Part shown: piece by piece, positions 63,738-64,000 of the stretch
Position numbering within the stretch: position 1 is the stretch's first letter
How the letters are laid out: each line of letters opens with the position of its first letter
Source: Tubiluchus corallicola
Taxonomy: Eukaryota > Animalia > Priapulida
Direction: 5' to 3'
Assembly: GCA_030141605.1 (NCBI GenBank)
Contig: JAQGDQ010000519.1
Coordinates: 62,001-126,000 of the forward strand
Length of the DNA: 64,000 nucleotides
Program-made: the position numbers and the translations under genes
The notes under the pieces: model-generated
The model's database searches: none
What the model saw: only the letters and a program-made list of their open reading frames with translations
Told to the model about the DNA's origin: nothing

Positions 63738-64000
63738 AATTTAAATATTGTGGCGTTTAATTCAGGATTTTTGAGTAATGCTAATTTGCTACATTTGAAA
63801 GGAATACTTAAATTATTTATATATTTGAAAATGAATAATGATGTATGATAATAATCATGAATAATCTTTATGGGCTTCTATGATTGATATTTTCAGTTCA
63901 TTTCTTACAAAATATGCATTTTTATGTTTGGCTTGTACTGATAATTTGTGTGACAAACCTAATATTTATTTTAGTATATAGTTTTGCAACATTTTTTTTT

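Overview
AT-rich eukaryotic genomic DNA from an invertebrate animal, probably a protostome because it carries a divergent ionotropic receptor. Genes were reconstructed by hand from GT-AG splice sites with consistent phases. They are INTS10 (minus strand, 8 coding exons, running off the left edge), ZNF236 (minus, 7 coding exons, about 1785 aa, 4.15-kb terminal exon), RAD17 (plus, single coding exon, divergent from ZNF236) and a secreted protein with an EF-hand pair and three ShK domains (minus, 5 exons, 234 aa). Two genes are nested in ZNF236 introns: an intronless divergent ionotropic receptor on the same strand, and a stand-alone CBP/p300-type TAZ2 zinc-finger mini-protein on the opposite strand. 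Introns hold many non-autonomous elements: a 5S rRNA-headed SINE family (3 copies), a tRNA-headed SINE, Kolobok-, hAT-, Tc1/pogo-, piggyBac- and Harbinger-type MITEs or deletion derivatives, solo LTRs, LINE remnants, and micro- and minisatellites. Two splice donors have been locally duplicated into downstream intron sequence. No CRISPR array or prokaryotic system is present. Family assignments come from motif recognition, not database searches.
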